Source: a virus
Reading direction: 5' to 3' (one strand)
Length of the DNA stretch: 64,000 nt
Virus record (IMG/VR): IMGVR_UViG_3300021131_000003
Coordinates: 17,659 to 81,658 of that record
Each line of letters opens with the position of its first letter. Within the stretch, counting starts at the first letter, position 1. Of this stretch, positions 1 to 10,321 are shown one piece after another. The notes beneath the pieces are model-generated. The model was not told the DNA's origin, did not search any database, and saw only the letters and a program-made list of their open reading frames with translations. Both the position numbers and the translations under genes were made by a program.

Positions 1-1750
1 TAGCTCCACCACCACTTGTGGTCCATGGCGTAACAACTGGTGAGCTATTCGTTCCACTGATTAAGTTAAAGCTAGGGTTAGTCAGCTCATTAATTCGATT
101 AGCCTTAAGGGTTAAGTGGAGCTGACGAGCATCATCAAACGCTGTGATAGTAGATGCCTGCTCAAACTGTGCGGCATCAAAGTATTGGTATTCGTTGCTA
201 GCTGAACCTGCAGCGGAGGCAATAGAGATAAGTGGTATTGCGTAGGTTGCTCCTGTAGGGGCTGTAGCCGTATAAGAAGGTCTGACAGAGAACGCACCAG
301 TTCCACTAGCTAAAGCTGTGCCATAAGTATCGGAACCGATTTGCACGGAGAAGCGGTCGTACCAACGGATACCTACTTTAACATTTTTGCTTGTAGACGA
401 GTTAGTCGTGTACACACTAAAGATGTAAGACAGACCAGCAGTTACTGGTATGCCCTTAGTTACTGGCTTTGTTGCTCCGCATTGAAGATTAAGAGTCTGT
501 GCACTAGTACTGGTATTTGTTACAGCCATGATTCCCTGTTGCTTATTTGGATACAGAGTTAGCGCTGTAGGTTCATTCCATGGAAGTGGGTATGGATAAA
601 TTACTGGGTATGCCTGTGTTGTAAAGTTCCAAGCATTTGTAGTTGGCAAGGTAAGACTGACGCCAATAGTAAATGAAATAGTGGTTGATGTTACCGCCGT
701 AATAGTAATAGGAGCTGAGCTTGTGCTATTAAACAACGGCTTATCACTGCCAGTTATGTATGCCTTGTTTCCAACCTTATAGTTGTGATTAGGTACTGTA
801 ATAGTTGCGGTAGTGCCAGATGCTGCTATATAAGTAACGTTTCTGCTTCTCATTACAGAGACTAGAGCAGTAGAGTCGCTGCTTGCCCAGTGACCCACAG
901 ATTCTTCAAAAGAAGAATCGTTATAATCAAGCATTAGATTGTGTCCAACTTGAACACCATTAACAGGTGAGTTAGCTGCCGAACTATTAACAGCTGGCAC
1001 AGACCATCCAGTAAATGCTTTTAAGAACTCCTTTAACCCATCGGACGTTCCCTTAGACTTATAAAGCTCTGAAGCGCTACGCGCTAGAACACGAGTTTGT
1101 TGGTAGCCAATCTCAGGTTCATAGGAGATAGCAAGCTCTTGTAAAAGGGGGGGAAGAAGTAACCCACTAATCTTAGTGGTGTCGTATCGATTGACAATTA
1201 AATTAGCCATAGTTTGATACTGGCTAAGCTGGAACCCAAATAAAGCTAAGAACTGATAGAGAGTTGTATTTTGGTCTGTTAAGTTAAATACTGTATTGGC
1301 GCCTTCATTTACGGTAGAGGCTTTATAAATCTCTGGCAGATACCCGTATAGGTTATCAGCAAAGTCATAGTCTTTAACAGATAGTCCTAGCGCGTCTGCT
1401 GCCCTAGTCCACTTAAAGTTAACTCGGTCAAAGATAAACAGTGAGTAGTAAAAGAAAGAGTTCTCAGCTAAAGGGGCGTCTGTGTACTTTCCAGGGTCTG
1501 TTTCTTTATACGCTTGGTAAGACTTATCGCCTTGAAGGTCAAGCTGAACGCCATCAAGTTCGTTTACAGGAAAACCATAAGTATTACGCACAAGCTTAAT
1601 CTTTGACCAAGCTCCTGATGGGCTTGTCCAGCTCAGCTTAATTGTTTTGTAACCAACAGGAGTTGCTTTAAAATTGTTGGCAGCATAGCTAACTGGAATG
1701 TCTCCGCCATATAGAGAAAGACCATAGTAGTTAATACCATAGCGAGCCAT
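1..1750 (-). CDS. Baseplate wedge / P2 gpI-like tail protein, partial (runs off the left edge; absent from the ORF track)
   Basis: ATG at 1750 overlaps the upstream stop (TAATG). Manual translation MARYGINYYGLSLYGG...LYGYLPEIYK...YKSKGTSDGLKEFLKAFTGW matches the tail protein I motif; follows baseplate J. Confidence 0.8.
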   Translation of the reverse strand, partial: MARYGINYYGLSLYGGDIPVSYAANNFKATPVGYKTIKLSWTSPSGAWSKIKLVRNTYGFPVNELDGVQLDLQGDKSYQAYKETDPGKYTDAPLAENSFFYYSLFIFDRVNFKWTRAADALGLSVKDYDFADNLYGYLPEIYKASTVNEGANTVFNLTDQNTTLYQFLALFGFQLSQYQTMANLIVNRYDTTKISGLLLPPLLQELAISYEPEIGYQQTRVLARSASELYKSKGTSDGLKEFLKAFTGWSVPAVNSSAANSPVNGVQVGHNLMLDYNDSSFEESVGHWASSDSTALVSVMRSRNVTYIAASGTTATITVPNHNYKVGNKAYITGSDKPLFNSTSSAPITITAVTSTTISFTIGVSLTLPTTNAWNFTTQAYPVIYPYPLPWNEPTALTLYPNKQQGIMAVTNTSTSAQTLNLQCGATKPVTKGIPVTAGLSYIFSVYTTNSSTSKNVKVGIRWYDRFSVQIGSDTYGTALASGTGAFSVRPSYTATAPTGATYAIPLISIASAAGSASNEYQYFDAAQFEQASTITAFDDARQLHLTLKANRINELTNPSFNLISGTNSSPVVTPWTTSGGGA

Positions 1751-3456
1751 TAGTTATTGATTCCCCCTGTAAAGGTAAGTACTAACCCAGTTGCTGTGTT
1801 GTTGAGCGTAGGGATTTCGTTAGCTCCGCAGATAACATCTTTGGTTGTCAACTTATACGCAGTACCTGTAGAGGTTGTAGTTGTTACTACAGAAGAAATT
1901 AACGCATAAGTAAAGGTAGTAGTTGTAGGTACGCCTGTAACAACAAATGTGCCACTAAAGGTCGTGTCACTGCTAATGCTTACCTGCACAGTGTCACCCA
2001 CGTTAAGCCCATGAGCCGCTGAAGTTGTTATAGTAGCTACTGTTCCGCTTGCAGCCTTGTTGCTAATTGTGGCGTATACGTCGGCATCATTTCTTACAAG
2101 GCGAGTAACCTGTGTATACCCCACGCCAGCAACAGAATTAATAGCCTTTGTTACATCGTTAAGGGTAATTTTATCTGCAAAGCTAACGTTATCAAAAGCT
2201 AGCAAGCTAGCTAGAACAGAGTTAACCGCAGTGGTAACTAAGCTTGAACGATACTGCGGAAGAACAGTAATGTTTGCGCTAATGTTAACGGGTACATAAG
2301 AAGGTGGCTGGAAGGTTACAGTTGTATTGGCTGGAATCTTTCCAATTAAAAACGTCTTAACTGTAGCCGCTAAGTTGTTAAAGATATTTGAAGGGGTTAC
2401 GCCATCAATTTGAACTCCACTATCTCCGTACGGAGCAAAGAACACAGTAACGCTTGAGTATACGTCTGCAATTGCGTTAGCCTTAGCCACACCTGCTGAC
2501 TTAACCAATGAGGCATAATCCGCTAAAGATACGGCTCTGTTGAGAGACTTTAAGCTTAAAGGCGCGTTAGCTCTAATAGAGTCTGTTGATTCTTGGTCAG
2601 CTCCACCGCTGGCAGCTGCTAAGTTAGTTACGCTTAGGCCGCTTGTGCTATTTGTCAAGACAGACTTGATGGCACCAATAGCCACGTTTCCTGTTGCACC
2701 TCCACCTACACGGTAGGTGGCTGTTAGTGCAGCGTTTGCATCTGGGACACGTCCGCTAATGTTATCGCCAAACAAAACATAAGAGGTTCCAGCGGCATTT
2801 GTATAAACAGAGAACACTGGGTCATAGTTTGTATAGTCAATAAGGTAAGGCACCTGTGTATAAGGTACCGTCCCTGCAGTAACTGACAATGAACCTTGGA
2901 TAAGAGGAGACTTGGCGAGCGCCCATACTTGGTTAATCTCACCTGTAGAGATGCCAACAGGTTCGTTTGTAACTGTATAGCCCTGTGTGCAAGCAACATC
3001 AGCCTGCCCGTTAACTGTTCCTGATTTAGCTGGTACGGTAACTGATGTATTAGTTTCAAAAATAATTTGTGTGCCTGCTGTGCTTGAAGCAGTAGTGGCC
3101 ACCTGAGTAAGTGCGGGTACAGTAATAGGGTTGCTAGATGAGTTATAAAAACGAACAGTTACAGTTGAGGCTGTTGCTGCTGATGGAGCATAACCAAGAA
3201 GTCGAGCAATCTGCAGAACACTATCGCGCTGGGTAGCAGTACCGATAAAGGCTTCATTAGCCGCGCGGTCAATGTAATAGTTAAGAATGTCACCCATGTA
3301 AGCAAAGAGCTCAATAAGAGTAATACCAAAGTCTGCTGGGTCGCGGTTGGTCCAGTTAGGTAGGTAGTTTGGAATAAGGCTAATCATGTCGTCACGAATA
3401 GCGGCAAAGTCTTTGGAGGTGTAGTCCACCTGTGGAACGTAGTTAATATCAGCCAT
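1750..3456 (-). CDS. Baseplate J-like wedge protein
   Basis: DYTSKDF..IR, DFGITLIELFAY, GGADQES..SIR, RAVSLADY motifs. Start moved to MADINY at 3456. Confidence 0.93.
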   Translation of the reverse strand: MADINYVPQVDYTSKDFAAIRDDMISLIPNYLPNWTNRDPADFGITLIELFAYMGDILNYYIDRAANEAFIGTATQRDSVLQIARLLGYAPSAATASTVTVRFYNSSSNPITVPALTQVATTASSTAGTQIIFETNTSVTVPAKSGTVNGQADVACTQGYTVTNEPVGISTGEINQVWALAKSPLIQGSLSVTAGTVPYTQVPYLIDYTNYDPVFSVYTNAAGTSYVLFGDNISGRVPDANAALTATYRVGGGATGNVAIGAIKSVLTNSTSGLSVTNLAAASGGADQESTDSIRANAPLSLKSLNRAVSLADYASLVKSAGVAKANAIADVYSSVTVFFAPYGDSGVQIDGVTPSNIFNNLAATVKTFLIGKIPANTTVTFQPPSYVPVNISANITVLPQYRSSLVTTAVNSVLASLLAFDNVSFADKITLNDVTKAINSVAGVGYTQVTRLVRNDADVYATISNKAASGTVATITTSAAHGLNVGDTVQVSISSDTTFSGTFVVTGVPTTTTFTYALISSVVTTTTSTGTAYKLTTKDVICGANEIPTLNNTATGLVLTFTGGINN

Positions 3457-3865
3457 TTGTTGGTACCTCCAGTAGTACATCTCCCGACCTGCTTAGAATA
3501 GCAGTTTTTATCGTTACACTCTGTTCAATGTCTGTTTCACGAAGCTTATAAGTAACGGTTAATACTAAGTTATCGTTACTAGAGTCTGATGTTCCTGCAA
3601 CAGATAGCAATGTAAGTTCCTTAAGCCATGTAGAAAATGCAATGTTTACTGCTTGACGAACTAAAGCTAAAGCCTCACCTGTGTTTAAAAAGGTAGCTTG
3701 AGAAGCGGTGCTACCAAAAGTAGGTCTCATCACTCGCTCCCCTAAGCTGGTCATAACCGCAAGTACAACACGGTCTTGCCAAATTTTGGTTAAGTCAGTT
3801 GTATAACCAACTCCGCCAGCGTCATTAATTGAAAATGGCAAACTAATAGCTGAGTTAATAGCCAT
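3449..3865 (-). CDS. gp25/gpW-like sheath initiator
   Basis: AISLPF...T.LGERVMRPTFGS signature; position before baseplate J. Confidence 0.9.
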   Translation of the reverse strand: MAINSAISLPFSINDAGGVGYTTDLTKIWQDRVVLAVMTSLGERVMRPTFGSTASQATFLNTGEALALVRQAVNIAFSTWLKELTLLSVAGTSDSSNDNLVLTVTYKLRETDIEQSVTIKTAILSRSGDVLLEVPTNG

Positions 3866-3867
3866 GG

Positions 3868-4374
3868 TTATACTCCCATCCATACTGGAAAGTTAGGGTC
3901 TCCTGCTACAAACATAACCCATACTTGCTGTCCTACATTTGGTACGGCTCTGTGATAAGTATGCTCAGCGGCGGTCAACCCGCTCTCTGAACCGTCTTTA
4001 TCTAGCGCATCTGTAGAGGTTTGATGCGGGTGTTTAAGGGTATTGGTGTTACCAGTGTGGTTATTGGTATGAGAAACGGTAGCCGTAAAAGTATGAGTAT
4101 GAGTGCCGCTTGGGTAAGAAGGGCCAGTGCCTGTTGTACCGCTTACTACATGGTCAGCATGGGAATTAAGCATGGCGGCAACTTCAGTGGCTAGGTGCGC
4201 TACATGGTCAGGGTGGTTTGCATTATCAGTTACAGGAGTACACGGCAAAGCCCAGCTAGTTATCTCTGTGCCAAATAGCTGCGGTACCTGAAGCGTAATC
4301 TTATTGGCATTGTCTGGGTCATTGTTATCCATACAGACGCCTCTGTAGATTCCATAAAATCTTTTGTCTGTCAT
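3868..4374 (-). CDS. Baseplate spike, gp5/gpV OB-fold with His-rich insertion
   Basis: FYGIYRGVC.DNNDP...VPQ...WA.PC and VPNVGQQVWVMFVAGDPNFPVWMG are the two halves of the gp5/VgrG OB fold. Confidence 0.85.
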   Translation of the reverse strand: MTDKRFYGIYRGVCMDNNDPDNANKITLQVPQLFGTEITSWALPCTPVTDNANHPDHVAHLATEVAAMLNSHADHVVSGTTGTGPSYPSGTHTHTFTATVSHTNNHTGNTNTLKHPHQTSTDALDKDGSESGLTAAEHTYHRAVPNVGQQVWVMFVAGDPNFPVWMGV

Positions 4375-5717
4375 CGTCCCGCCCTCTTATTAGCCAACCG
4401 CTCTGTAACAGCAGGTGGTTTCTTGACTGTGGGTACGATTGTATCTAAAGACTTAGTCTGGCTCTTCCAAGTGCTTGGCTTAGGGTCCCTAGCGTTTGTT
4501 TGCCCAGAACGATTTGATAAAGTTCCAAAGCTTCCTTTATTAGATGGACTAATGATTTTAGTTCTAGTACTTAGCTTAGTAACAGGCTTTACCTTAGTCT
4601 GTTTAACATTAGGGATGATAGTTCTTGCTGGTCTTTTATCAGGAACTACAATTGCTTTATTGTCTACCCATGTGGTGGCGTCCCCTAGAGAGTCAGAGCC
4701 TACTGTTAACACGGTTGTGTACATAAAAGTATTAAGCTGCGTCTCTATAATCTTATGCTCTGCCTCTAAGATAACCCAAAAACCAGAGTATGGTGAACCA
4801 ACTCCGCCCAAGTAAACAGGCATGTCTGGTCTTAAGCTAGGTGTACCAAGAACCTCAACAACAGCTCTATAAGGAAAAGAGTTTCTATCCTCAGCTGATT
4901 GAGATTCAAACCCAGCCACTTCTGGAGTAAGAGCTACAGTGTCAACATCAAACTTATCAAAGAACTCAATCTTCTGATTAAATCTTGTTTTCTTATTTCT
5001 TACCTGTGTTGCAACGGAAAGAGTTTCACCAGTAAGTACGTTAACTCCACTTACAGCAACCGCGGCCTTAGTCTCATCCTCTTCGTATGGCATAGATTCG
5101 CTGATTAATGGTTTAAAAGAGTAGATGCTAGACCCGTCTGGATGGTTCTGATTTCTCATTACAAAGTGATGAGCTTCAGACCTATAGTTTTTATAGTCCT
5201 CTAGAACAGGTTGGAAGTAAAGTTCGGTATTTTCTGTGCGCAGACTGTAACCGCTCTGCTTAGCTAAACGAACCATGAGTTCCCAATCAGATAGCCCAGC
5301 TTGAGCTATATGAGGATATATACGAGAGGTCGGAATGGTTCTAGCTACAAAATGATAGGTGTCAGCAATCTTAGAAACTACCTGGTCAGCTGTTACATCT
5401 TTGTATAAAGTTTGACGTCGTTGTTTCATAGGAAAAGAACCACCAATAAAGGTAACTGTAGTAAAGTGTTTACCTGGGGTTCTATCCAAGGAGATGTGGT
5501 GCACATACCCGTAAAAGTCTCTGCGCTCAGTCAGGTTAGCAAATTCCATATGAACTGGGGAGCCTGTAGAAACAACATCGTATTCCACGCCCCAATCTTT
5601 AAACTCAACTACAACAACTTCATGGGCATATCGCTTTTGATATAACGTAGCCTCATACACAGTCTTAGGGTTGAGCCCTGAAGTATCTGGAAAGTTAATA
5701 GATATGTATTTAAACAT
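4371..5717 (-). CDS. Baseplate hub (gp27/gpD-like)
   Basis: FYGYVHH, Q.GLSDWE...RLAKQSGY, G.PSLRP motifs; synteny. Start MFKYIS at 5717. Confidence 0.8.
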   Translation of the reverse strand: MFKYISINFPDTSGLNPKTVYEATLYQKRYAHEVVVVEFKDWGVEYDVVSTGSPVHMEFANLTERRDFYGYVHHISLDRTPGKHFTTVTFIGGSFPMKQRRQTLYKDVTADQVVSKIADTYHFVARTIPTSRIYPHIAQAGLSDWELMVRLAKQSGYSLRTENTELYFQPVLEDYKNYRSEAHHFVMRNQNHPDGSSIYSFKPLISESMPYEEDETKAAVAVSGVNVLTGETLSVATQVRNKKTRFNQKIEFFDKFDVDTVALTPEVAGFESQSAEDRNSFPYRAVVEVLGTPSLRPDMPVYLGGVGSPYSGFWVILEAEHKIIETQLNTFMYTTVLTVGSDSLGDATTWVDNKAIVVPDKRPARTIIPNVKQTKVKPVTKLSTRTKIISPSNKGSFGTLSNRSGQTNARDPKPSTWKSQTKSLDTIVPTVKKPPAVTERLANKRAGR

Positions 5718-5991
5718 TAGGTATAACCAATACGGTGCCAGGAGTAATGTTATTGAAGTCGTCAATGCCAGGGTTAAATTCTGGTATTACCCACCAAAAC
5801 TCTGGGCGCTTATAGTATTTATAAGCAATCTGGTCTAGGCGCTCGCCGTCTTGATATGTATGCTGCCAGTAATTTACTAACCCAAGATTAGTAAAAGCGT
5901 ATAGAACTAATGGTTTTTCTACGTAGTCTGTGTTAGTTGCTACGTAGTCAATGGTTGAGTACTCGTACCTAGAGCCTTTATAAATAGTCAT
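5710..5991 (-). CDS. LysM-like / tail X (gp53-like) baseplate protein
   Basis: GERLDQIAYKYY..PEFWWVI..FNP...PGTVLVIP. Confidence 0.88.
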   Translation of the reverse strand: MTIYKGSRYEYSTIDYVATNTDYVEKPLVLYAFTNLGLVNYWQHTYQDGERLDQIAYKYYKRPEFWWVIPEFNPGIDDFNNITPGTVLVIPNV

Positions 5992-7094
5992 TAGTTACCT
6001 GCCACAATTCCAGAACCAGAGAAGCAATCAATACTTAATGATACCGTTGTGCGTACAGGTATCATGTTCTCCGTAAAATCAGTGTGTTGAATACCCATAG
6101 TGGTAATCCACCCAACATAGCTCAAGCTGTCTAATGTAGGTCCAATTTGGATACCAACCAGGGTAGGCATCAAGAACCCAATGTTAGCTGTTTCTTTTCC
6201 TAATAGGTTTGTCCAACCACCATTTGCTTGACCACCGTTTAAAGTTTTAAATAGATACTCAAGGTCAGCCATGGTGCCCTGTGCCATAAGCTGTTGAATC
6301 TTATCGGCAGTTGTAATTTCATTTGACTGAATTGGGTAGGCGTTACCGTCGTAGTAACTGGTGAACTGGGAGTAGTTTACGCCCTTAGGGTCATTGCCTC
6401 CACCATATGCTTTGACGCAGGCAAAATCATTTACTCGGTCAAGTTGCAAGGTTAAAGATACAGTCTCTTGCCCAGGAAATGCTCCAGAGACAACCTTTAG
6501 AGAGTCTGCTGGGCTTGGGGTAATATCCATATTACGGGTAACGCTTGTGCTAATAGATGTAGGGTTCCACATAAATTGAAAACCCCAGTGGTTGCTCATT
6601 GAGCTAAGAACTGTTCCCGCATCAGTGTTTTTAGTCCCAGTATTTTTAGCAGCTGTAGCGCCAGCAGTAGTTACGTTACCGCTATCGTCAAAGGTACTAA
6701 CGTTATTAGCGCCTGAGTAATACCAGATACGACCTCGGCGCATACCATGGAACGCGTCGTAGTTGTTTGCCCCTACAAGCTCAGAATCCATCTGGCGTGG
6801 GCGAACAGGCAAGCTCCAATTATGCGGAGGAAGATTCCACTTGTAATCAGCAGTAGGCATTTTATTAATTTCAGCGCTTGTATCGGTGCTTATAGTTTTG
6901 GTGCTTACTGTAGGCTTCTGTAAATCTAAACTTAAGTAATCATCTAAGCGTAGACGGGTAGAGGTACTGTTAGCTGAGTAGTTAACAGCGGATACCGCTT
7001 GTTGATTAGCTAGCTGTAATTGGCGCTCAACTTGTATATCTGTAGTGGCGGTAGTTCCAATGAACCCGCCATCGTCTGCATAGTAACTAGCCAT
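5991..7094 (-). CDS. Tail tube initiator-like protein
   Basis: FQFMWNPTSI, FTENMIP.RTTV.LS motifs; lies between tape measure and LysM genes. Confidence 0.7.
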   Translation of the reverse strand: MASYYADDGGFIGTTATTDIQVERQLQLANQQAVSAVNYSANSTSTRLRLDDYLSLDLQKPTVSTKTISTDTSAEINKMPTADYKWNLPPHNWSLPVRPRQMDSELVGANNYDAFHGMRRGRIWYYSGANNVSTFDDSGNVTTAGATAAKNTGTKNTDAGTVLSSMSNHWGFQFMWNPTSISTSVTRNMDITPSPADSLKVVSGAFPGQETVSLTLQLDRVNDFACVKAYGGGNDPKGVNYSQFTSYYDGNAYPIQSNEITTADKIQQLMAQGTMADLEYLFKTLNGGQANGGWTNLLGKETANIGFLMPTLVGIQIGPTLDSLSYVGWITTMGIQHTDFTENMIPVRTTVSLSIDCFSGSGIVAGN

Positions 7095-9364
7095 TATTTA
7101 GTTGCCACCCATTTACTAGTCTGTAGGTCTTTAACTGCTTGTTGAATAGCCGCTTGTATCTTTTTAGGGTCTCCGCCCATTACATTCATATTGAAGGTAA
7201 CACCGCCGTAATTGACTGTGCTTCCTCCTCCACCGCCCAAAAGCTGTGAAGCATAACCAGCAGCATCACCACCCAAAATACTGGACAGGGTTGTTCCCTT
7301 AGCAATTGAGCCTGTCTTTAAGTATTGCTGGAACGCTGCGTTAAAGGCTTTTCCATTAGTACCGAAGAAAGAAGTAATAGCTGAAGCCGTTCCAGCGTCT
7401 TCAGTAATGCTTGAGTGCGTTTTAAAAGTTCCCCATGGGGAAGCGCCAACTATTGCTCTAAAGTCTTCTGCTGAAACGTTTCCAGCAGATAATGCTCCCA
7501 AAATTTCATTATAACGAGAGTCACCCTTAAGGGTTTTAATTGTAGCTTCCACTCCTTGTTTATAAGAAGTATAGTTTTTAACTCCATCTTTATTATTGGT
7601 AAATCCTTCTGCCTTGCCCGCGTCAACTGCCCCTGGCATAGGTTGTGTGGTAGCTAATGGATTGAACTTAGCTTTAGTATTTTCTCCAGACATCCACATT
7701 AAAATATCTGCTATAGCACTTGGTGTAGCTTTATCACCTAAACCAGCTAGTAAGTCTTTAGCAAATACATCTCCACCACCAGCGCGTCCCCCTTTATACT
7801 TAAAGAGTTGACTAGTTATGTTGTTTGGAATGATGGTTCCATCTACCTTAGGAACAAATAGCTCAGGTCCCTTTTCACCAACCATATACATATTGGATGC
7901 CGCAGTAGGTCCGCCAGAAGCTTTACCTGATATACCAAGGAGAGCTGTAAGGAATTGGATTAGCTTGTCGCCCATACCGTTACCTGCAGCGCCTAAGGTT
8001 TGAAGTAGAGCAGCCATACTATTAAGACCAAGTACGCCCTGAGGGTTAATGTTGTTCTGTATGTTGCCCATATCAGTTAAGAAGTTCTTAGTTCCAGCAA
8101 ATGTTTTAGCTCCAGCTGGGGATGCAAGAATCAACCCCTGAGTAGCAACTGCATTGCCGCGGCTAAATGCCTGGACAGCCTCGGTGGTTAACCCAGCAGC
8201 TTTAGCGTTGGCAGCATTAATAGTTGTATCCGCGCCAGCAGCAGTCTGACGAGCTTTAAATACAAGACCGTTCTTAATCATGTTATAGACAAGTGGGTCT
8301 TGGCCAAATAGATTCTGAACCAAAGAGTCCATAGAGTTTCCTGGTTGGAAACCAATCAAGACTTCGCGCTCAGATGGCTTTCTTCCAGCGCCATAAGCTT
8401 GCCCGTAGTCTCTACAAATCTTTGTCCACAAGTCATCAATAATCTTATCTGGCGGCTTTAAGTTTCCATCCGCATCACGAATAGAGATACCAACACCGCG
8501 AAGCATGTTTACATTTCTGCCTTGTTGCATAGCACCGTATGCGCGCATAGCGCCTTCAGCGCCAATACCTGGGGTGAGGTTAGATACGTTAGCTACGCCT
8601 TGCGCAATACTTCCATTGAAGTTACCGCCAGCGCCCTGTAATAAGTTAGTTCCATTAAGTCCGTAGCTTTGAGCAGCAGCAATGGCATTGATAGCATCCA
8701 TCTTGTCATTTACAGAGCCTTGAAGACCCATCTTCATCATGGCGTCTTTTACATAGTTCTGTTGATTGTCAAGAACCATAGCTGAAGGCAGAGTTGCGCC
8801 AGGGGTTGTTGGTCCCATAGCAACCTTGTTGCCCATCATGGCGTTAGCTCTTACATAAAGAAGCTGAGCTTGAACCATGTCAGATGTAGCGTTAGCTCCC
8901 ATAAGAGCTGTGCCCATTCCGTAAAGAGCCGCCGCTCCAGGGTTCTGACTTACATAATCAGATAGGTTACGGAACATGCCTCCGCCGCCAGAGGAGCCAG
9001 ATGAGCTTCCGCTTATTCCGCCACCACTAAAGGCTCCGCCACCTATTACAGTAGGCGCAGGTCCTGCAGCAATTTGATTTTGTCCACCGCCATATACAGC
9101 AGGGGCATTGTGAAAGACTGGGTCTGGAGCTACGTGATTTCCATAAACTCCGCCACCGCCGTAGCCACCGCCGTAGCCGCCAACAAAACCGCCTTGAGTT
9201 TGAACAAGCCTCTGATTACCAGACTGCATTGTTTGAACAAGGCTTGTCCACTCTTGTCTTAGAAGGGAGGTTTCTTGGCGCATACTAGAGATGCTGCTCT
9301 TGATATCAGAGACTACAAAGCTAGTACGAGACGGTAAGTTCATACCGCTCTTGCTATCAGCCAT
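7094..9364 (-). CDS. Tape measure protein, possible C-terminal lysozyme-like domain
   Basis: Gly/Ala-rich; ASGGP...YMVGEKGPELFVP..DGTIIPN motif; EN...FNPLATT..SPWGT segment; follows the chaperone. Confidence 0.88.
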   Translation of the reverse strand: MADSKSGMNLPSRTSFVVSDIKSSISSMRQETSLLRQEWTSLVQTMQSGNQRLVQTQGGFVGGYGGGYGGGGVYGNHVAPDPVFHNAPAVYGGGQNQIAAGPAPTVIGGGAFSGGGISGSSSGSSGGGGMFRNLSDYVSQNPGAAALYGMGTALMGANATSDMVQAQLLYVRANAMMGNKVAMGPTTPGATLPSAMVLDNQQNYVKDAMMKMGLQGSVNDKMDAINAIAAAQSYGLNGTNLLQGAGGNFNGSIAQGVANVSNLTPGIGAEGAMRAYGAMQQGRNVNMLRGVGISIRDADGNLKPPDKIIDDLWTKICRDYGQAYGAGRKPSEREVLIGFQPGNSMDSLVQNLFGQDPLVYNMIKNGLVFKARQTAAGADTTINAANAKAAGLTTEAVQAFSRGNAVATQGLILASPAGAKTFAGTKNFLTDMGNIQNNINPQGVLGLNSMAALLQTLGAAGNGMGDKLIQFLTALLGISGKASGGPTAASNMYMVGEKGPELFVPKVDGTIIPNNITSQLFKYKGGRAGGGDVFAKDLLAGLGDKATPSAIADILMWMSGENTKAKFNPLATTQPMPGAVDAGKAEGFTNNKDGVKNYTSYKQGVEATIKTLKGDSRYNEILGALSAGNVSAEDFRAIVGASPWGTFKTHSSITEDAGTASAITSFFGTNGKAFNAAFQQYLKTGSIAKGTTLSSILGGDAAGYASQLLGGGGGSTVNYGGVTFNMNVMGGDPKKIQAAIQQAVKDLQTSKWVATK

Positions 9365-9526
9365 TAGGCCCTCCCTCCGCTATAACGTAAAGCTCGGTCT
9401 ATCCAGTTCTTTCTGTCTCTAACTGAGAGCTCTTTAATCTCAGTTAAAGTCCAGCCACCAAAAACTCTGGTTAACAACTCGTACTCATTAAGTAGAGCTG
9501 TGTACTCTAGAAGCCTAGAGTCGAAA
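9364..9526 (-). CDS. Frameshifted C-terminal extension of the tail assembly chaperone (gpT-like)
   Basis: +1 frame reads FDSRLLEYTALLNEYELLTRVFGGWTLTEIKELSVRDRKNWIDRALRYSGGRA*. No ATG; its stop overlaps the tape measure ATG. Confidence 0.8.
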
Positions 9527-10303
9527 CAAATCTAGCAAGCTCAGCGGTAGAGGAATCTGCTCACCACATGCCTTGCATGGCTTCTTCACCTCCCCAAGGC
9601 GTGGGCCTGGGTTACGTTCAAGAATGTCATCTACTAGCTTTGTTCTATCTGCCATACCTAAGCTAAGAGCGGTAGGTGCTCCAATAGCTGGCTTATCTGC
9701 CAGTGATAGTAAGCAGCCTGCTAATAGCAAGGTATTAATCTCAGAGGCAGTCTTATCGGCGTTGTCCATAAGGCGCTTCTGCACTCGACCAACAGGAAGA
9801 GTAAGAACGGCTGTTCCCATCTTTGTCTCTACTGACCACTCGCGAGATGCTTGGTCATCTAAAGTTTTAACTGGAACATCCTCTGAAAGATTGATTGTAA
9901 TGTCCTGGTCTTGATTACAGTTAAAGCAACGACCTTGAAGCTCTAGCTCATCTCCAAATGTAATTGTTCTAATACCAATCAAGATGGCGTCCCTGTCTCC
10001 AGAGAGCAGACTGTCAAGGTCATCCTTACCAACCTCCTTGCCACCTAGACCTATTAATCCACGCTGTAGTAAAAGGTTTAGGGCTTTGGCTCGGCTACCT
10101 GCTTTAGAGATAGCTTCCTCATCTGCTCCATTTAACTCTCGTACTTCAGCAGTAGTTACTAAACCAGAGTCTGAAATAAATCCGCCAGGAAGTTTCACCT
10201 CTGGGTCGGAAGGGGCCCGAGATGTGATAACCACCTCGGGCTCTTCCATAGCCTGTTGCGCGTACTTTGATACAAGTTCTGCGTCAGTAATAATGTTACT
10301 CAT
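9515..10303 (-). CDS. Tail assembly chaperone
   Basis: VKLPGG, EVRELNGADEE, GDRDAILIGIR..TFG, two CxxC; lies between tube and tape measure. Confidence 0.82.
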   Translation of the reverse strand: MSNIITDAELVSKYAQQAMEEPEVVITSRAPSDPEVKLPGGFISDSGLVTTAEVRELNGADEEAISKAGSRAKALNLLLQRGLIGLGGKEVGKDDLDSLLSGDRDAILIGIRTITFGDELELQGRCFNCNQDQDITINLSEDVPVKTLDDQASREWSVETKMGTAVLTLPVGRVQKRLMDNADKTASEINTLLLAGCLLSLADKPAIGAPTALSLGMADRTKLVDDILERNPGPRLGEVKKPCKACGEQIPLPLSLLDLFRL

Positions 10304-10321
10304 TGTGCTCCTTTAGTTTAA

